In this document: positions 35,064 to 44,423 of the stretch, piece after piece
Numbering within the stretch: position 1 is the stretch's first letter
Layout: every line of letters begins with the position of its first letter
NCBI GenBank assembly: GCA_947630745.1
Contig: CANRIT010000005.1
Span: 2,403-66,402, forward strand
From: an uncultured Clostridia bacterium
GTDB lineage: Bacteria; Bacillota; Clostridia; Christensenellales; UBA1242
DNA length: 64,000 nt
Direction: 5' to 3'
The notes under the pieces: generated by a model
What the model was told of the DNA's origin: nothing
Database searches by the model: none
What the model saw: the letters and a program-made list of their open reading frames with translations, nothing else
Made by a program: the position numbers and the translations under genes

Positions 35064-35133
35064 TTTTTCCTCCAAATACAATGTAATTATACAACAAAAA
35101 TTTAATTTATCAATACCCTTTTTTATTTTTATT

Positions 35134-35156
35134 AAAAAATCCACCAATGTGGTGGA
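35134..35156 (-). terminator. Terminator of smc
   Basis: tccacca (35140-35146) pairs with tggtgga (35150-35156). T6 follows on the minus strand. Confidence 0.75.
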
Positions 35157-35161
35157 CTCTG

Positions 35162-38100
35162 TTATGCGTTTATTGCTTCTTTGTTTTGTTCGGCGACTTT
35201 TACTGCATCGGAAAGTTTAACAGATACTATTTTGCTTACGCCCTTTTCTTCCATAGTTACGCCGTACAGACTGTCGGCAAGCTCCATGGTTGGTTTGCGG
35301 TGAGTGATGACAATAAACTGAGTGTTGTCGCTAAAACGCTTTAAATACTTGGCGTAGCGGTCAATGTTGGCATCGTCAAGTGCCGCTTCAATTTCATCCA
35401 AAAAGCAGAATGGCATTGGTTTTAGGTGCAAAATTGCAAACAAAATTGCAATTGCAGTCATGGTCTTTTCGCCACCGCTTAAAAGGGTAATCTGTTGCAA
35501 AATTTTGCCCGGTGGTTGTGCAATAATTTCCACGCCTGCAGTAAGCGGGTCTTCGCTTGGCAAAAGTTCCAGCCTAGCATTGCCGCCACCAAACAATTCT
35601 TTAAACACCTTGGTGAAATTCTCTTGAATTTTAGCAAATTCAGTGTTGAATTTTTCTAGCATCTCTTTGCTTAAATCGGCAATGATTTTAACTGCATCTT
35701 CTTCCGCTTTCTTTAAGTCTTCAATTTGGGTGAGCATTTCGTCATAGCGCGCGCCCTCGGTTTTATACTCTTCAATTGCGTTTACATTCACATATCCAAG
35801 CGCGGTAATTGAATTTTTTATGCGGTTAATATCAATCATGGTCTGCTTAATGTCGAAATTTTCGTCCGTGGTTTTAAGTTTTACGCAATCGTTATAGGTA
35901 AGTTCGTACTCTTCAAAAATGCGCTCTTGCATATTTTCTATTTCAATATCCACCTTTTGAAGATTGGTTTCTTCTTTATAAATGCGGTTGTCAAGGCGAG
36001 ATTTTTCGTCTTGCAAACTGGACTTCTTTTCGTCAATCGATTTAAGTTCTTGCATCAGCGACTTTTTAAATTCATCAAATTCAGCAAGCTTTTTGTTTAG
36101 CACATCAAGTTCGGCTTGAATTTGCCCCGCCTTGCTGTTTTGCTGCTTTGATGTGTTTAAATTTACCGTTTCTTGATACAAACGCTTTTGAGTGTCAAGC
36201 TCTTTTTGCGCGGTTTCAATTGACTGCTTAACCGTGCTTATTTCGCTTGCGTTAAGTTCAATATCACGCGTTAGCGATCGGATTTTTTCTTCCGTTGAGG
36301 CGATTTTTACGCGGGAGGCGGTCATCTCTTCTGCATACTGGTCGCGCTTTTGTTTAAGTTCTTGATAAGCGTCCGTGTCCATGGTCAACTGCACTGCTTT
36401 TTGCTTGTTAAGGTCGTAATCCAAATCGTTTTTATCGATAGAATTTATTTTTGCGTTGATTTCGTTTACAATGTTTTCCGCCACCTTAATTTGACTTTTT
36501 AGGGTGAAAATTTCTTCTTCAAGTTCGGTTTGCGACTGAGCTAAGCCGTCAAGTTTGGTCTTTTTGGCGGAATATTCTGCGTTTATGTTTTGCAGCGACA
36601 AATTGGTTTCGCTAAGCAGAGTTTTAAGCTTATTAAGCGCGTCTTGAAGCTGGGCATACTGACCTTCAACCTTGCTTAGTTCATTTGTGGCATTAGTGAT
36701 GTTTTGGGTAAGTGTTTTAATTTCCGCATCCTTGCCCAAAAGTTGACTATCCTTATTTTTGTTGCTGCCGCCCGTCATGCTGCCCTGTGGAGACAAAATG
36801 TCGCCCGCCAAGGTTACAATGCGGAATGCGTAATTTGTGCGCTTTGCCAAATTAATAGCGTTATCCAGCACATCACAAATCACGGTTGAGCCAAGCAGGC
36901 TGTTTATAACTGGGCGATACATATTGTCCGTTTTAACAAGTTCGCTGGCTACACCAAAACAGCCTTGTGCGTTTAAATATTGACGCTCACTTGCCGACAA
37001 GGTGCGCTGCTTAACCGCGCTTATTGGTAAGAATGTTGCGCGACCCAAATTGGCTTGTTTTAGGTAGTTTATAAGGAGTTTTGCATCTTGTTCATCCTTT
37101 GTTATAATGTTTTGAATGCTGCCACCAAGGGCAAGTTCTATGGCGGTGCTAAATTTTTCATCCACATCAATTACGTTACCCACCACACCCTTGATTGCTG
37201 CGTTGAGTTGCGGATTTTTTTTGCCTTCTAGCATCAAGCGTTTAACTGCAAACTGGTAGCCTTCAAAATCGGCTTGCAAACTTGTAAGCAGATTTTTGCG
37301 GTTGGTGTCGTTTGAAATGCTGGTTTTAAGCGCGTATATGCGGTTGTTTGCCGTGTTTATACCCTCTTCCACTGTGGAAAGTTTGCTGTTGATTTTAGCA
37401 AGATTTTCTTCACTATGCTGCTTTTTGTTAAGCAAATCTTCCACTTCTTTTTTAAGCGCGCTGTATTGATTGTTTAACTCTTGCTGCTGAGCGGTTAAAC
37501 TTGAGAGTTCGCCATTGTCGTGCTTGATATTTTCCTGCATAATGTCGCGCTTGGTTAGATAGGCGGAATAGTTCGCCTTTATGTCGGTTAGGCGCGAAAG
37601 ATTATCAATCATAGCACGCTGTGATTGCTCTTTTTCGCCCTCATTTTTGGTAAGTTCGTCAATCAAATCCAAGTATTTTTGGCTTACTTGCTGACTTAAC
37701 GCGGTGTAATTTGAAAGGTTTTGCCTTTCTTCTTCCATAAGCTTGCTTGCGTTGTCAACCAAGGCTTGACGCTGATTTAAGTCCAAATTAAAGCCGTCAA
37801 TTTGTGCTTGAAGGCGGTCAATTTGCTCGGTTAAATACTGGGTTTGCTGATTTAACACGCGGTTGTCGCTTTGCTGCTTTTCCAACTCCAAACTGTTTTT
37901 AAGCACTTGATTGTGCAAATCGTTGGCTTGGCTGTCTAAATTGTTTATTTCGTTTAATGATTTGTCGTATTTGGCTTGTTCGGTTTCTATTTGGCTGACT
38001 AGCACATTTAGGTTATCTTTATAGCTTGTAAGCTTGGTGTTTATCTCTTGCTTGGTTTTGGCTGCGTTGTCAAATTGATAGACATATGCGTTGATTTCGT

Positions 38101-38776
38101 GCTGCTTTAACACATCGCGCAATTCAAGGTATTTTTTGGCGTCTTCACTTTGGCGTTTTAATGGCCCAAGGCGGCGTTCCACTTCACCCATAATGTCGTT
38201 GGCGCGGCTTAGATTATCGCGCACGGTTACAAGGCGGTTTTCAGTTTCTGTTTTGCGCGCTTTGTATTTGGCAATGCCCGCTGCTTCTTCAAAAATGGCG
38301 CGCCTATCTTCTGGCTTGGACGAGATGATTTCTTCCACCCTACCTTGACCAATAATTGAATAGCCGTCTTTGGCAATGCCACTGTCGTACATCAAATCTA
38401 AAATATCGCGCTGCTTGCAAAGTTTGTGGTTAATCATATAATCACTTTCGCCACTGCGGTACATTTTGCGGGTGATAACCACTTCGTCATAACCAATGTT
38501 AAAAATATGGTTGCTGTTGTCAAACACCAACGAAACTTCACAATAACTAAGTTTTTTGCGCTTTTCCGTGCCGGCAAAAATTACATCTTGCGAATTTTTT
38601 GCGCGCAAGGCTTTGTTTGAACGCTCACCTATAACCCAACGGATTGCATCACTAATATTGGACTTGCCACACCCATTTGGACCAACAATGGCGGTTATGC
38701 CACCATCAAAGTTTATGTGTGTTTCGTCCGCAAATGATTTAAATCCAGAAATTTCTATCTCTTTAAAATTTATCAT
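35162..38776 (-). CDS. smc: Chromosome partition protein Smc
   Basis: About 1204 aa from MINFKEIEISGFKSF. Walker A GPNGCGKSN, long coiled coils with a hinge, signature LSGGEKTMTAIA and Walker B FCFLDEIEAALD. Confidence 0.96.
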   Translation of the reverse strand: MINFKEIEISGFKSFADETHINFDGGITAIVGPNGCGKSNISDAIRWVIGERSNKALRAKNSQDVIFAGTEKRKKLSYCEVSLVFDNSNHIFNIGYDEVVITRKMYRSGESDYMINHKLCKQRDILDLMYDSGIAKDGYSIIGQGRVEEIISSKPEDRRAIFEEAAGIAKYKARKTETENRLVTVRDNLSRANDIMGEVERRLGPLKRQSEDAKKYLELRDVLKQHEINAYVYQFDNAAKTKQEINTKLTSYKDNLNVLVSQIETEQAKYDKSLNEINNLDSQANDLHNQVLKNSLELEKQQSDNRVLNQQTQYLTEQIDRLQAQIDGFNLDLNQRQALVDNASKLMEEERQNLSNYTALSQQVSQKYLDLIDELTKNEGEKEQSQRAMIDNLSRLTDIKANYSAYLTKRDIMQENIKHDNGELSSLTAQQQELNNQYSALKKEVEDLLNKKQHSEENLAKINSKLSTVEEGINTANNRIYALKTSISNDTNRKNLLTSLQADFEGYQFAVKRLMLEGKKNPQLNAAIKGVVGNVIDVDEKFSTAIELALGGSIQNIITKDEQDAKLLINYLKQANLGRATFLPISAVKQRTLSASERQYLNAQGCFGVASELVKTDNMYRPVINSLLGSTVICDVLDNAINLAKRTNYAFRIVTLAGDILSPQGSMTGGSNKNKDSQLLGKDAEIKTLTQNITNATNELSKVEGQYAQLQDALNKLKTLLSETNLSLQNINAEYSAKKTKLDGLAQSQTELEEEIFTLKSQIKVAENIVNEINAKINSIDKNDLDYDLNKQKAVQLTMDTDAYQELKQKRDQYAEEMTASRVKIASTEEKIRSLTRDIELNASEISTVKQSIETAQKELDTQKRLYQETVNLNTSKQQNSKAGQIQAELDVLNKKLAEFDEFKKSLMQELKSIDEKKSSLQDEKSRLDNRIYKEETNLQKVDIEIENMQERIFEEYELTYNDCVKLKTTDENFDIKQTMIDINRIKNSITALGYVNVNAIEEYKTEGARYDEMLTQIEDLKKAEEDAVKIIADLSKEMLEKFNTEFAKIQENFTKVFKELFGGGNARLELLPSEDPLTAGVEIIAQPPGKILQQITLLSGGEKTMTAIAILFAILHLKPMPFCFLDEIEAALDDANIDRYAKYLKRFSDNTQFIVITHRKPTMELADSLYGVTMEEKGVSKIVSVKLSDAVKVAEQNKEAINA

Positions 38777-38913
38777 ATGTCCTTCTAAACTTAACAATTA
38801 TACCAAATTAAATGCCAATTTCAAAACAAATTTGGCTTTAAACAACAAAAAAAAGTTCGCATTTAAACTTAATGCAAACTTTTTGCCAAAATTTACAAAT
38901 TATAGATTTAAAC

Positions 38914-38935
38914 AAAAAACACGCATTGTGCGTGT
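38914..38935 (-). terminator. Terminator of the 189-aa repeat protein gene
   Basis: cacgca (38920-38925) pairs with tgcgtg (38929-38934). T6 follows on the minus strand. Confidence 0.65.
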
Positions 38936-39504
38936 TAAATGTTTTTGATATAGTCGGTTATTGTGTTGTATTCTTCTTGCTCTTTGCCAGTAAGCGTTTT
39001 GTAGACAGTCATCAACTTGTTGTAATTTGCACCTGAAATGCTTTGCGCAAAATAATAGATGTATGACGCTTGTTTGGTTTTTAAAATTGCCTTTTCCAAC
39101 TTAGCAATGTTTGCGCCTTGCACGTAGCGAGCAAATTGAAGAATGTAATATGGGTCGCACGTTTTTATAACTGCATTTTCCAACTTCGCGATGTCCATGC
39201 CCTTGATGTCAAGTGCAAAAAGGTAAATATATTGCGCATCGCCCGTTTTTATAATTGCCTTTTGAAAATTGTGCAAGTCGGCGTGGCTTATAAAGTCAAG
39301 CATAATTGCAAATTTATAAATGTCCTCAGCTTGGTTTGACAAGAAAATTTTGCGGCCAAGCCTAGCCAAAATTGAGTTGGCCAATTTTTGATCTTTTGAT
39401 TTAATTTTTGTAATCCATTTGTTAAAGGTGGTATTCCAGCCCTGTTTTTGAAGATAATTAAACATTTTGCTAACAAGGCTGTTTATTTTAACCAATTTAG
39501 TCAT
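38935..39504 (-). CDS. Hypothetical helical-repeat protein (four 33-aa repeats), paralog of 33831-35063
   Basis: 189 aa. Repeats of the form YIY.FA..[IV].G[AM][DN]I.KLE.AI.KT.D. The N-terminal segment I..LV.K...YL.K.GW...F is shared with the 410-aa protein. Confidence 0.75.
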   Translation of the reverse strand: MTKLVKINSLVSKMFNYLQKQGWNTTFNKWITKIKSKDQKLANSILARLGRKIFLSNQAEDIYKFAIMLDFISHADLHNFQKAIIKTGDAQYIYLFALDIKGMDIAKLENAVIKTCDPYYILQFARYVQGANIAKLEKAILKTKQASYIYYFAQSISGANYNKLMTVYKTLTGKEQEEYNTITDYIKNI

Positions 39505-39522
39505 CTTTTGCTCCTAGGCTAA

Positions 39523-39550
39523 ATTATACACAAAAATTGTTTTTTGTCAA
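39523..39550 (-). promoter_or_regulatory. Consensus promoter of the 189-aa repeat protein gene
   Basis: TTGACA (39545-39550), a 16-nt spacer, then TATAAT (39523-39528). AGGAG RBS follows. Confidence 0.65.
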
Positions 39551-39583
39551 TAGCAAAACTTAAAAATTTTTTAAATTTGTGCC

Positions 39584-42376
39584 TTATTCTGTGCGAAGGG
39601 CTTTTACTGGGTCCTTTTTGGTTGCAATGCGGGATGGAATAAGCCCGGCAATAAAGGTTAACACCACACTTATTATCACCAACGCAAGGCAAGATAGCGG
39701 CTGAACAATTGCAAGGCCGCCTACCCCTGTTAGGTTTTTAAGCAACATGCTTACAAGCACGGACAATATGCTTGCCACGCCAACACCAATTATGCCCGCA
39801 GCTAAGCCAATGATAACCGTTTCTGCCGTGAACACACGGAACACATCCCATTTTGATGCGCCCACGCTGCGCAACACGCCAATTTCCTTGGTACGCTCGA
39901 TGACGCTGGTGTAAGTTATAATGCCAATCATAATGCTGCTTACCACAAGCGAAATTGCCGCAAACGCCACAAGCACGTACGAAATGATATTCACCAACGT
40001 GCTTAAAATACTGGAAACAAAGGCCGAACTATCGGTTAATTCAATGCTAAATCCAACAAAGGTTTCATCCCCTTGTTTGCTTTTTACAATGTCATTCCAA
40101 TTGTCAATCATGCTTACCACATCGTCCTTTGCCTTAAATGTGGTTGCATAAAAATACACGCCCGATGGTACGCTGCTTGCACCATACATTTGAAGATAAA
40201 GGTCCAAGAAATCCGCGTCAGACAATGTTATGCCTTGGGATAACAAACCCGCACTCATATCAGTTGGCGTTGGATAGGAAAATTTGTTTTGATACGCGCT
40301 GCCAAACATTGCAAGTTCGGATATATCAACTGAGTAATTTATTGGAAAATCTTGTTCAAAATTTATGCTGCCGTCTTCGTTGGTTAACATCTTTTTAACA
40401 TTTTCAACAACTGTGGAAGAAGCACAATTTGCGCGATACTCATTCATAAGCGCATGGGTATACATAACCCCATCGCTAAACAAACTGCCCGACACTCCTT
40501 CTTTTTTAAGCAAAATGGCTGTTACGGTCAATTGTTTGTAATTGTCTGGGTTGTTAAGCATATTTTTAAGCGCGCTCTGGTTGCTGCTGCTTGTGGATGG
40601 ATTTAGTGGATTGAAACTGCCAAAATTAAGTATTGGCTTACCTTGTTCGTTATAATATCCGTCATTATAAATTAAATTGAAGGTTTTCTTATTAATTATA
40701 CTATCAAAATCTATTGGTTGATGATATTGTTCAAGTGGATTATCTTTTGGCTTGATAATAACATCATCAATACCCAAACTGTCTATAAATGATTTTGTTA
40801 GGCTTTTTGAATTTACCACAAGCGCAACCTCATCGCTTTGGGTTGGATAGTTGCCAACCACATCGTAGATTGAAGTTACATAATCTTTATCAAGTTCTTC
40901 AAAGAAAGTGCTTTCTATTGTGCCAGACATAACGCTGTAACTTAAACTGTCATTTATTGGCACATAGATTGGTTGTTTTGGTTGTTGCACAAATGTTGAT
41001 GGGTCTTGTGAATCTGGGTCGTCTAAACTTGGTACCATATCAACTATTGTCTGCTGTGTTATTAAATGCAGTGAAGATGCGTAACTTATGTTGATATCGT
41101 TAATTAAATTCTTTTTATTAGGATTTGAATAATAATCTTGTATATAATCAACAAATTCTTTTGAAATATAGTTGTATTTGCCAAGTTGCATTAAAGCAGT
41201 TGTTTCATCATAAACGGAAAAACCGTGGTCGTCTTCATCATTTGTTGTGTTATCAGACATTAAAGCATCCATGGTTTTATCATAGTCAACTGATATGGCG
41301 GAAACTGCCAATGGATAGCTAGACAAACTTTCGCTTTGGGTGCGGTTGATGTAACCCGTCATGCCTGCGCTGACTGACAAAATTAGCGCGATGCCAATTA
41401 TGCCAATGCTGCCCGCAAAGGCAACCATAATTGTTCTGCCCTTTTTGGTAAGCAGGTTTTTAAAACTTAAAAACAGTGCGGTAAAAAACGACATGCCCTT
41501 CTTTTTGTTGGTCTTTTTAAAGGTGGGTTTTGCTATTTTTGATTTTGTTTGCGCGCCGACATCCGCCACCGCGTGCTTTTTGTTTTGCTTTGCTTGCTTT
41601 TTGGCAAGTTGTTCTTCAAGCAAAAGTTGTTTAAGCTGCTCTTCACGCTTTAAAAGTTTTTGTTTGTGGCGTTTAACTTCGTTTTCACACGCCTTTTGCG
41701 AATATGGCTTGCTGTCTTCAATCAACTCGCCATCCAGCAAACGGATTATGCGGGTTGAATATGTGGTGGCAAGGTCGGGGTTGTGCGTAACCATAACCAC
41801 CAACCTGTCTTTGCTAACTTCTTTTAAAAGGTCCATAATTTGCACGCTGGTTTTGCTGTCAAGCGCGCCAGTGGGTTCGTCCGCCAAAATAATTTCTGGG
41901 TCGTTAACCAGCGCACGCGCAATTGCCACACGCTGCATCTGCCCGCCAGAAAGTTGATTTGGCTTGGATTTTAATTTATCCCCCAACCCAACCTTGTTAA
42001 GCACCTCTATGGCACGATTGCGCCTTTCCTTACGCTTAACTCCGCTTAGGGTAAGTGCCAATTCCACATTTTCCAAAATGGATTGGTGCGGAATTAAATT
42101 GTAACTTTGAAAAACAAACCCAACACGGTGGTTGCGATAATTATCCCAATCTTTATCTTTAAAATCTTTGGTGGAAACGCCATCAATAATAAGGTCGCCA
42201 TCCGAATACCTATCCAGCCCGCCAATAACATTTAAAAGCGTGGTTTTTCCGCAACCAGATGGACCTAAAATTGCCACAAATTCGCTCCGCCTAAAACGCA
42301 TGGTAACGCCTTTTAATGCGTCAACTTTTTGATCTTTAAGCACATATTGTTTGGATATGTTGCAAATTTCAAGCAT
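39584..42376 (-). CDS. Fused ABC transporter: MacB/LolD-type ATPase + FtsX-like permease with a large extracytoplasmic domain
   Basis: 930 aa. Walker A GPSGCGKTT, signature LSGGQMQRVAIARAL and Walker B ILADEPTGALD. A Lys-rich linker, a TM helix, a ~480-aa soluble domain, then C-terminal FtsX-type TM helices. Confidence 0.88.
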   Translation of the reverse strand: MLEICNISKQYVLKDQKVDALKGVTMRFRRSEFVAILGPSGCGKTTLLNVIGGLDRYSDGDLIIDGVSTKDFKDKDWDNYRNHRVGFVFQSYNLIPHQSILENVELALTLSGVKRKERRNRAIEVLNKVGLGDKLKSKPNQLSGGQMQRVAIARALVNDPEIILADEPTGALDSKTSVQIMDLLKEVSKDRLVVMVTHNPDLATTYSTRIIRLLDGELIEDSKPYSQKACENEVKRHKQKLLKREEQLKQLLLEEQLAKKQAKQNKKHAVADVGAQTKSKIAKPTFKKTNKKKGMSFFTALFLSFKNLLTKKGRTIMVAFAGSIGIIGIALILSVSAGMTGYINRTQSESLSSYPLAVSAISVDYDKTMDALMSDNTTNDEDDHGFSVYDETTALMQLGKYNYISKEFVDYIQDYYSNPNKKNLINDINISYASSLHLITQQTIVDMVPSLDDPDSQDPSTFVQQPKQPIYVPINDSLSYSVMSGTIESTFFEELDKDYVTSIYDVVGNYPTQSDEVALVVNSKSLTKSFIDSLGIDDVIIKPKDNPLEQYHQPIDFDSIINKKTFNLIYNDGYYNEQGKPILNFGSFNPLNPSTSSSNQSALKNMLNNPDNYKQLTVTAILLKKEGVSGSLFSDGVMYTHALMNEYRANCASSTVVENVKKMLTNEDGSINFEQDFPINYSVDISELAMFGSAYQNKFSYPTPTDMSAGLLSQGITLSDADFLDLYLQMYGASSVPSGVYFYATTFKAKDDVVSMIDNWNDIVKSKQGDETFVGFSIELTDSSAFVSSILSTLVNIISYVLVAFAAISLVVSSIMIGIITYTSVIERTKEIGVLRSVGASKWDVFRVFTAETVIIGLAAGIIGVGVASILSVLVSMLLKNLTGVGGLAIVQPLSCLALVIISVVLTFIAGLIPSRIATKKDPVKALRTE

Positions 42377-42557
42377 ACTTCCCCCTTTTTGTTTTTATTT
42401 TAACAATTTAAAAATTGTTACCGATACGCGAATATTATACAAAAAACGCAAAAATAAAGTCAACAATTTTCACTCCAAAAAAAATTTTTACACATTTTGT
42501 GTAATTTTGATTTTTTTGTTTTTTAATATGTTACAATGGCTAAAAAGGAGGGGGAAA

Positions 42558-42830
42558 ATGATTACATCTACAATTTTTGATGGCATATTTGGCTGGATTG
42601 ATGATAAGGTTAAAATTGAAGAAAGTTTTAACTACAAAAAATTTTGTGAGTGCAAACAAAAATTTTTGGATAAACTGGATGAGAATATGCAAAAAGAGTT
42701 TAATGACATTATCTATTTTTGTCAGTGCGTGTACGAAGATTTAGGTTATAATAGATGTGTGCTTGCGCAAAACTATGGCATAAAAATTGGCATGGAATTG
42801 GAAAAATTTTTTCAATCTCTTTTGACATAA
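42558..42830 (+). CDS. Small (90-aa) Cys-containing protein, paralog of 46217-46483
   Basis: ATG at 42558 preceded by AAGGAGGGGG. MITSTIFDGIFGWIDDKVKIEE...FCECKQKFL...AQNYGIKIGMELEKFF. Roughly 60 percent identical by eye to the second copy. Confidence 0.75.
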   Translation: MITSTIFDGIFGWIDDKVKIEESFNYKKFCECKQKFLDKLDENMQKEFNDIIYFCQCVYEDLGYNRCVLAQNYGIKIGMELEKFFQSLLT

Positions 42831-42847
42831 AAAAGCACAAGGGTGGT

Positions 42848-44347
42848 TTAATTTAGGATGAACCATTCTTCTTTTGGCATGTTTTGTTTTAGCTTGTAAA
42901 ATATTCTTTTAAGCGCGCTTTCCACCTTTTTGGGCGTGGTATTATATTTTTGTGCAAGTTGGCTGATTGAATACTCTGTTGCATCGTAGTTAAAGCCAAA
43001 ATACAGGCTTATCAGCTTATATTCGCCCGCGCTTAAAAGTTGCTTTGCCTTAGTAATTAGTTGCTTGTTAAAGGTTTTGTTTTCCACTTCTATGTCTGGG
43101 CGGAAAGTTTCATCCGCCATTGTGTCTTCAATTGTCAGGCGTTCGCTATCTGGCAAAATGTCTGACAGGCTGGAAATTCTGCTTTTTTCTTTAATAAACC
43201 TAAAGATGTTGCCGTTTATAACCTTGGAAACATACACATAAAGTTGCTTTTCTTTTAAATAATTCACCTTATTAAGCGCGTACTCCACGCTGTCGTAGCC
43301 AATGTTAATTAGATCGGTAAGGTTTGCAAATTCGCTATACTTTTTTGCAACAACTTCAATTAGCGGCATAAATTTGTTTATGTAATAATTGCGAGCCAAA
43401 CTATCGCCGTTAATCATCCGCCTAATAAGTGGCACATTTGGTTTGTTTTGGTAGAAATCACTTGTGTCAAAAACGAAGCCCAAACTTTGCAGTTTTTCGA
43501 TTTGGTTTTGTGTTAATTTGATGCAATGATTGCGGATGTTGCGCACAAAAAATCCAAGTCGGTAGCCGTCAATTGAATGCTCGTAATCGACAAAACAGTT
43601 GCCGCAACCAGCTTTAAATTCAGCAAGTTTGTTGTAAAAAACATCAAAATCAAACTGCTTAATTAAGTGGGAAGTGTTCTTTTTAATCCTCCAAACAAAA
43701 CCAATCAAAGCCAATTCATCCAGCTGCTGTTTTGTAAGTTTTGCGCGGCGAGTGCGGATGTAATGCACTTTGTCGCCAAGCGGATAGCCGTCTAAGCAAA
43801 CATAATATGTTGGTACTTTTGTGTTTTTAAACTGCTGCTTATACTGGCGCAGATGAAAACAAAAATCGTCAAAATCATAACTGCGTGCTTTGAAAATAAA
43901 GCCTATTTTGATTAGTTCCGCCCTTTGCTGGTCGGAAATTTTTAAAAGGTTTTGGCGGATGTTGTGAACTTTTGCGCCAAGCCGATAGCCGTCCGAGCAA
44001 ATATACCCTTTTGTGGTGTTGCCCGGCAGCGGAACTTTAAGGTCGCCATACGTATTTTTATAGTCCACCAAATGCTGCATAAACTCTTTAAAATCAAACG
44101 ACTTTGCATCCCAAACAAAGCCAAGCCTATTAAGCGTGTCAATTTGCTGGTCGTTAAGGTCAATGCGACGGGCGCGGATTCTTTTTATTTTTTCACCCAA
44201 TTTGTAGCCGTCAGCGCAAACATATTTTTGCGGTATGTTTAAATTATTATTCTCTTCTTGATATTTTTGCAGATAAAAAACGAACTCTTTAAAATCAAAG
44301 CGTTTGCGTAAAATTGAACGTTTAATTAGGTTTTCCTTGCCTTTCAT
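42848..44347 (-). CDS. Sigma-70-family-like protein with 4 N-terminal HA domain repeats
   Basis: 499 aa. C-terminal ARNYYINKFMPLIEVVAKKY...DLINIGYDSVEYALN and LSAGEYKLISLYFGF...YSISQLAQKYNTTPKKVESALKRIFYKLK. Confidence 0.85.
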   Translation of the reverse strand: MKGKENLIKRSILRKRFDFKEFVFYLQKYQEENNNLNIPQKYVCADGYKLGEKIKRIRARRIDLNDQQIDTLNRLGFVWDAKSFDFKEFMQHLVDYKNTYGDLKVPLPGNTTKGYICSDGYRLGAKVHNIRQNLLKISDQQRAELIKIGFIFKARSYDFDDFCFHLRQYKQQFKNTKVPTYYVCLDGYPLGDKVHYIRTRRAKLTKQQLDELALIGFVWRIKKNTSHLIKQFDFDVFYNKLAEFKAGCGNCFVDYEHSIDGYRLGFFVRNIRNHCIKLTQNQIEKLQSLGFVFDTSDFYQNKPNVPLIRRMINGDSLARNYYINKFMPLIEVVAKKYSEFANLTDLINIGYDSVEYALNKVNYLKEKQLYVYVSKVINGNIFRFIKEKSRISSLSDILPDSERLTIEDTMADETFRPDIEVENKTFNKQLITKAKQLLSAGEYKLISLYFGFNYDATEYSISQLAQKYNTTPKKVESALKRIFYKLKQNMPKEEWFILN

Positions 44348-44353
44348 ACAAAA

Positions 44354-44381
44354 ATTATATCACAAATATTTTATTTGTCAA
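44354..44381 (-). promoter_or_regulatory. Consensus promoter of HA-sigma gene 3 (leaderless geometry)
   Basis: TTGACA (44376-44381), a 16-nt spacer ending in TGa, then TATAAT (44354-44359). Exactly 6 nt to the ATG at 44347. Confidence 0.7.
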
Positions 44382-44399
44382 TACAAAAAATATTAAAGT

Positions 44400-44423
44400 A
44401 AAAAAAGCATATAAAATGCTTTT
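44400..44423 (-). terminator. Terminator of HA-sigma gene 4
   Basis: aaaagcat (44403-44410) pairs with atgctttt (44416-44423). T-run on the minus strand. Confidence 0.65.

Noticed and set aside
42831-42847. A terminator hairpin between the convergent small-protein gene and HA-sigma gene 3
   Set aside because: Only 17 nt separate the two stops, and the sequence (aaaaagcacaagggtgg) pairs poorly, unlike the AAGCAC...GTGCTT terminators of the other three paralogs.
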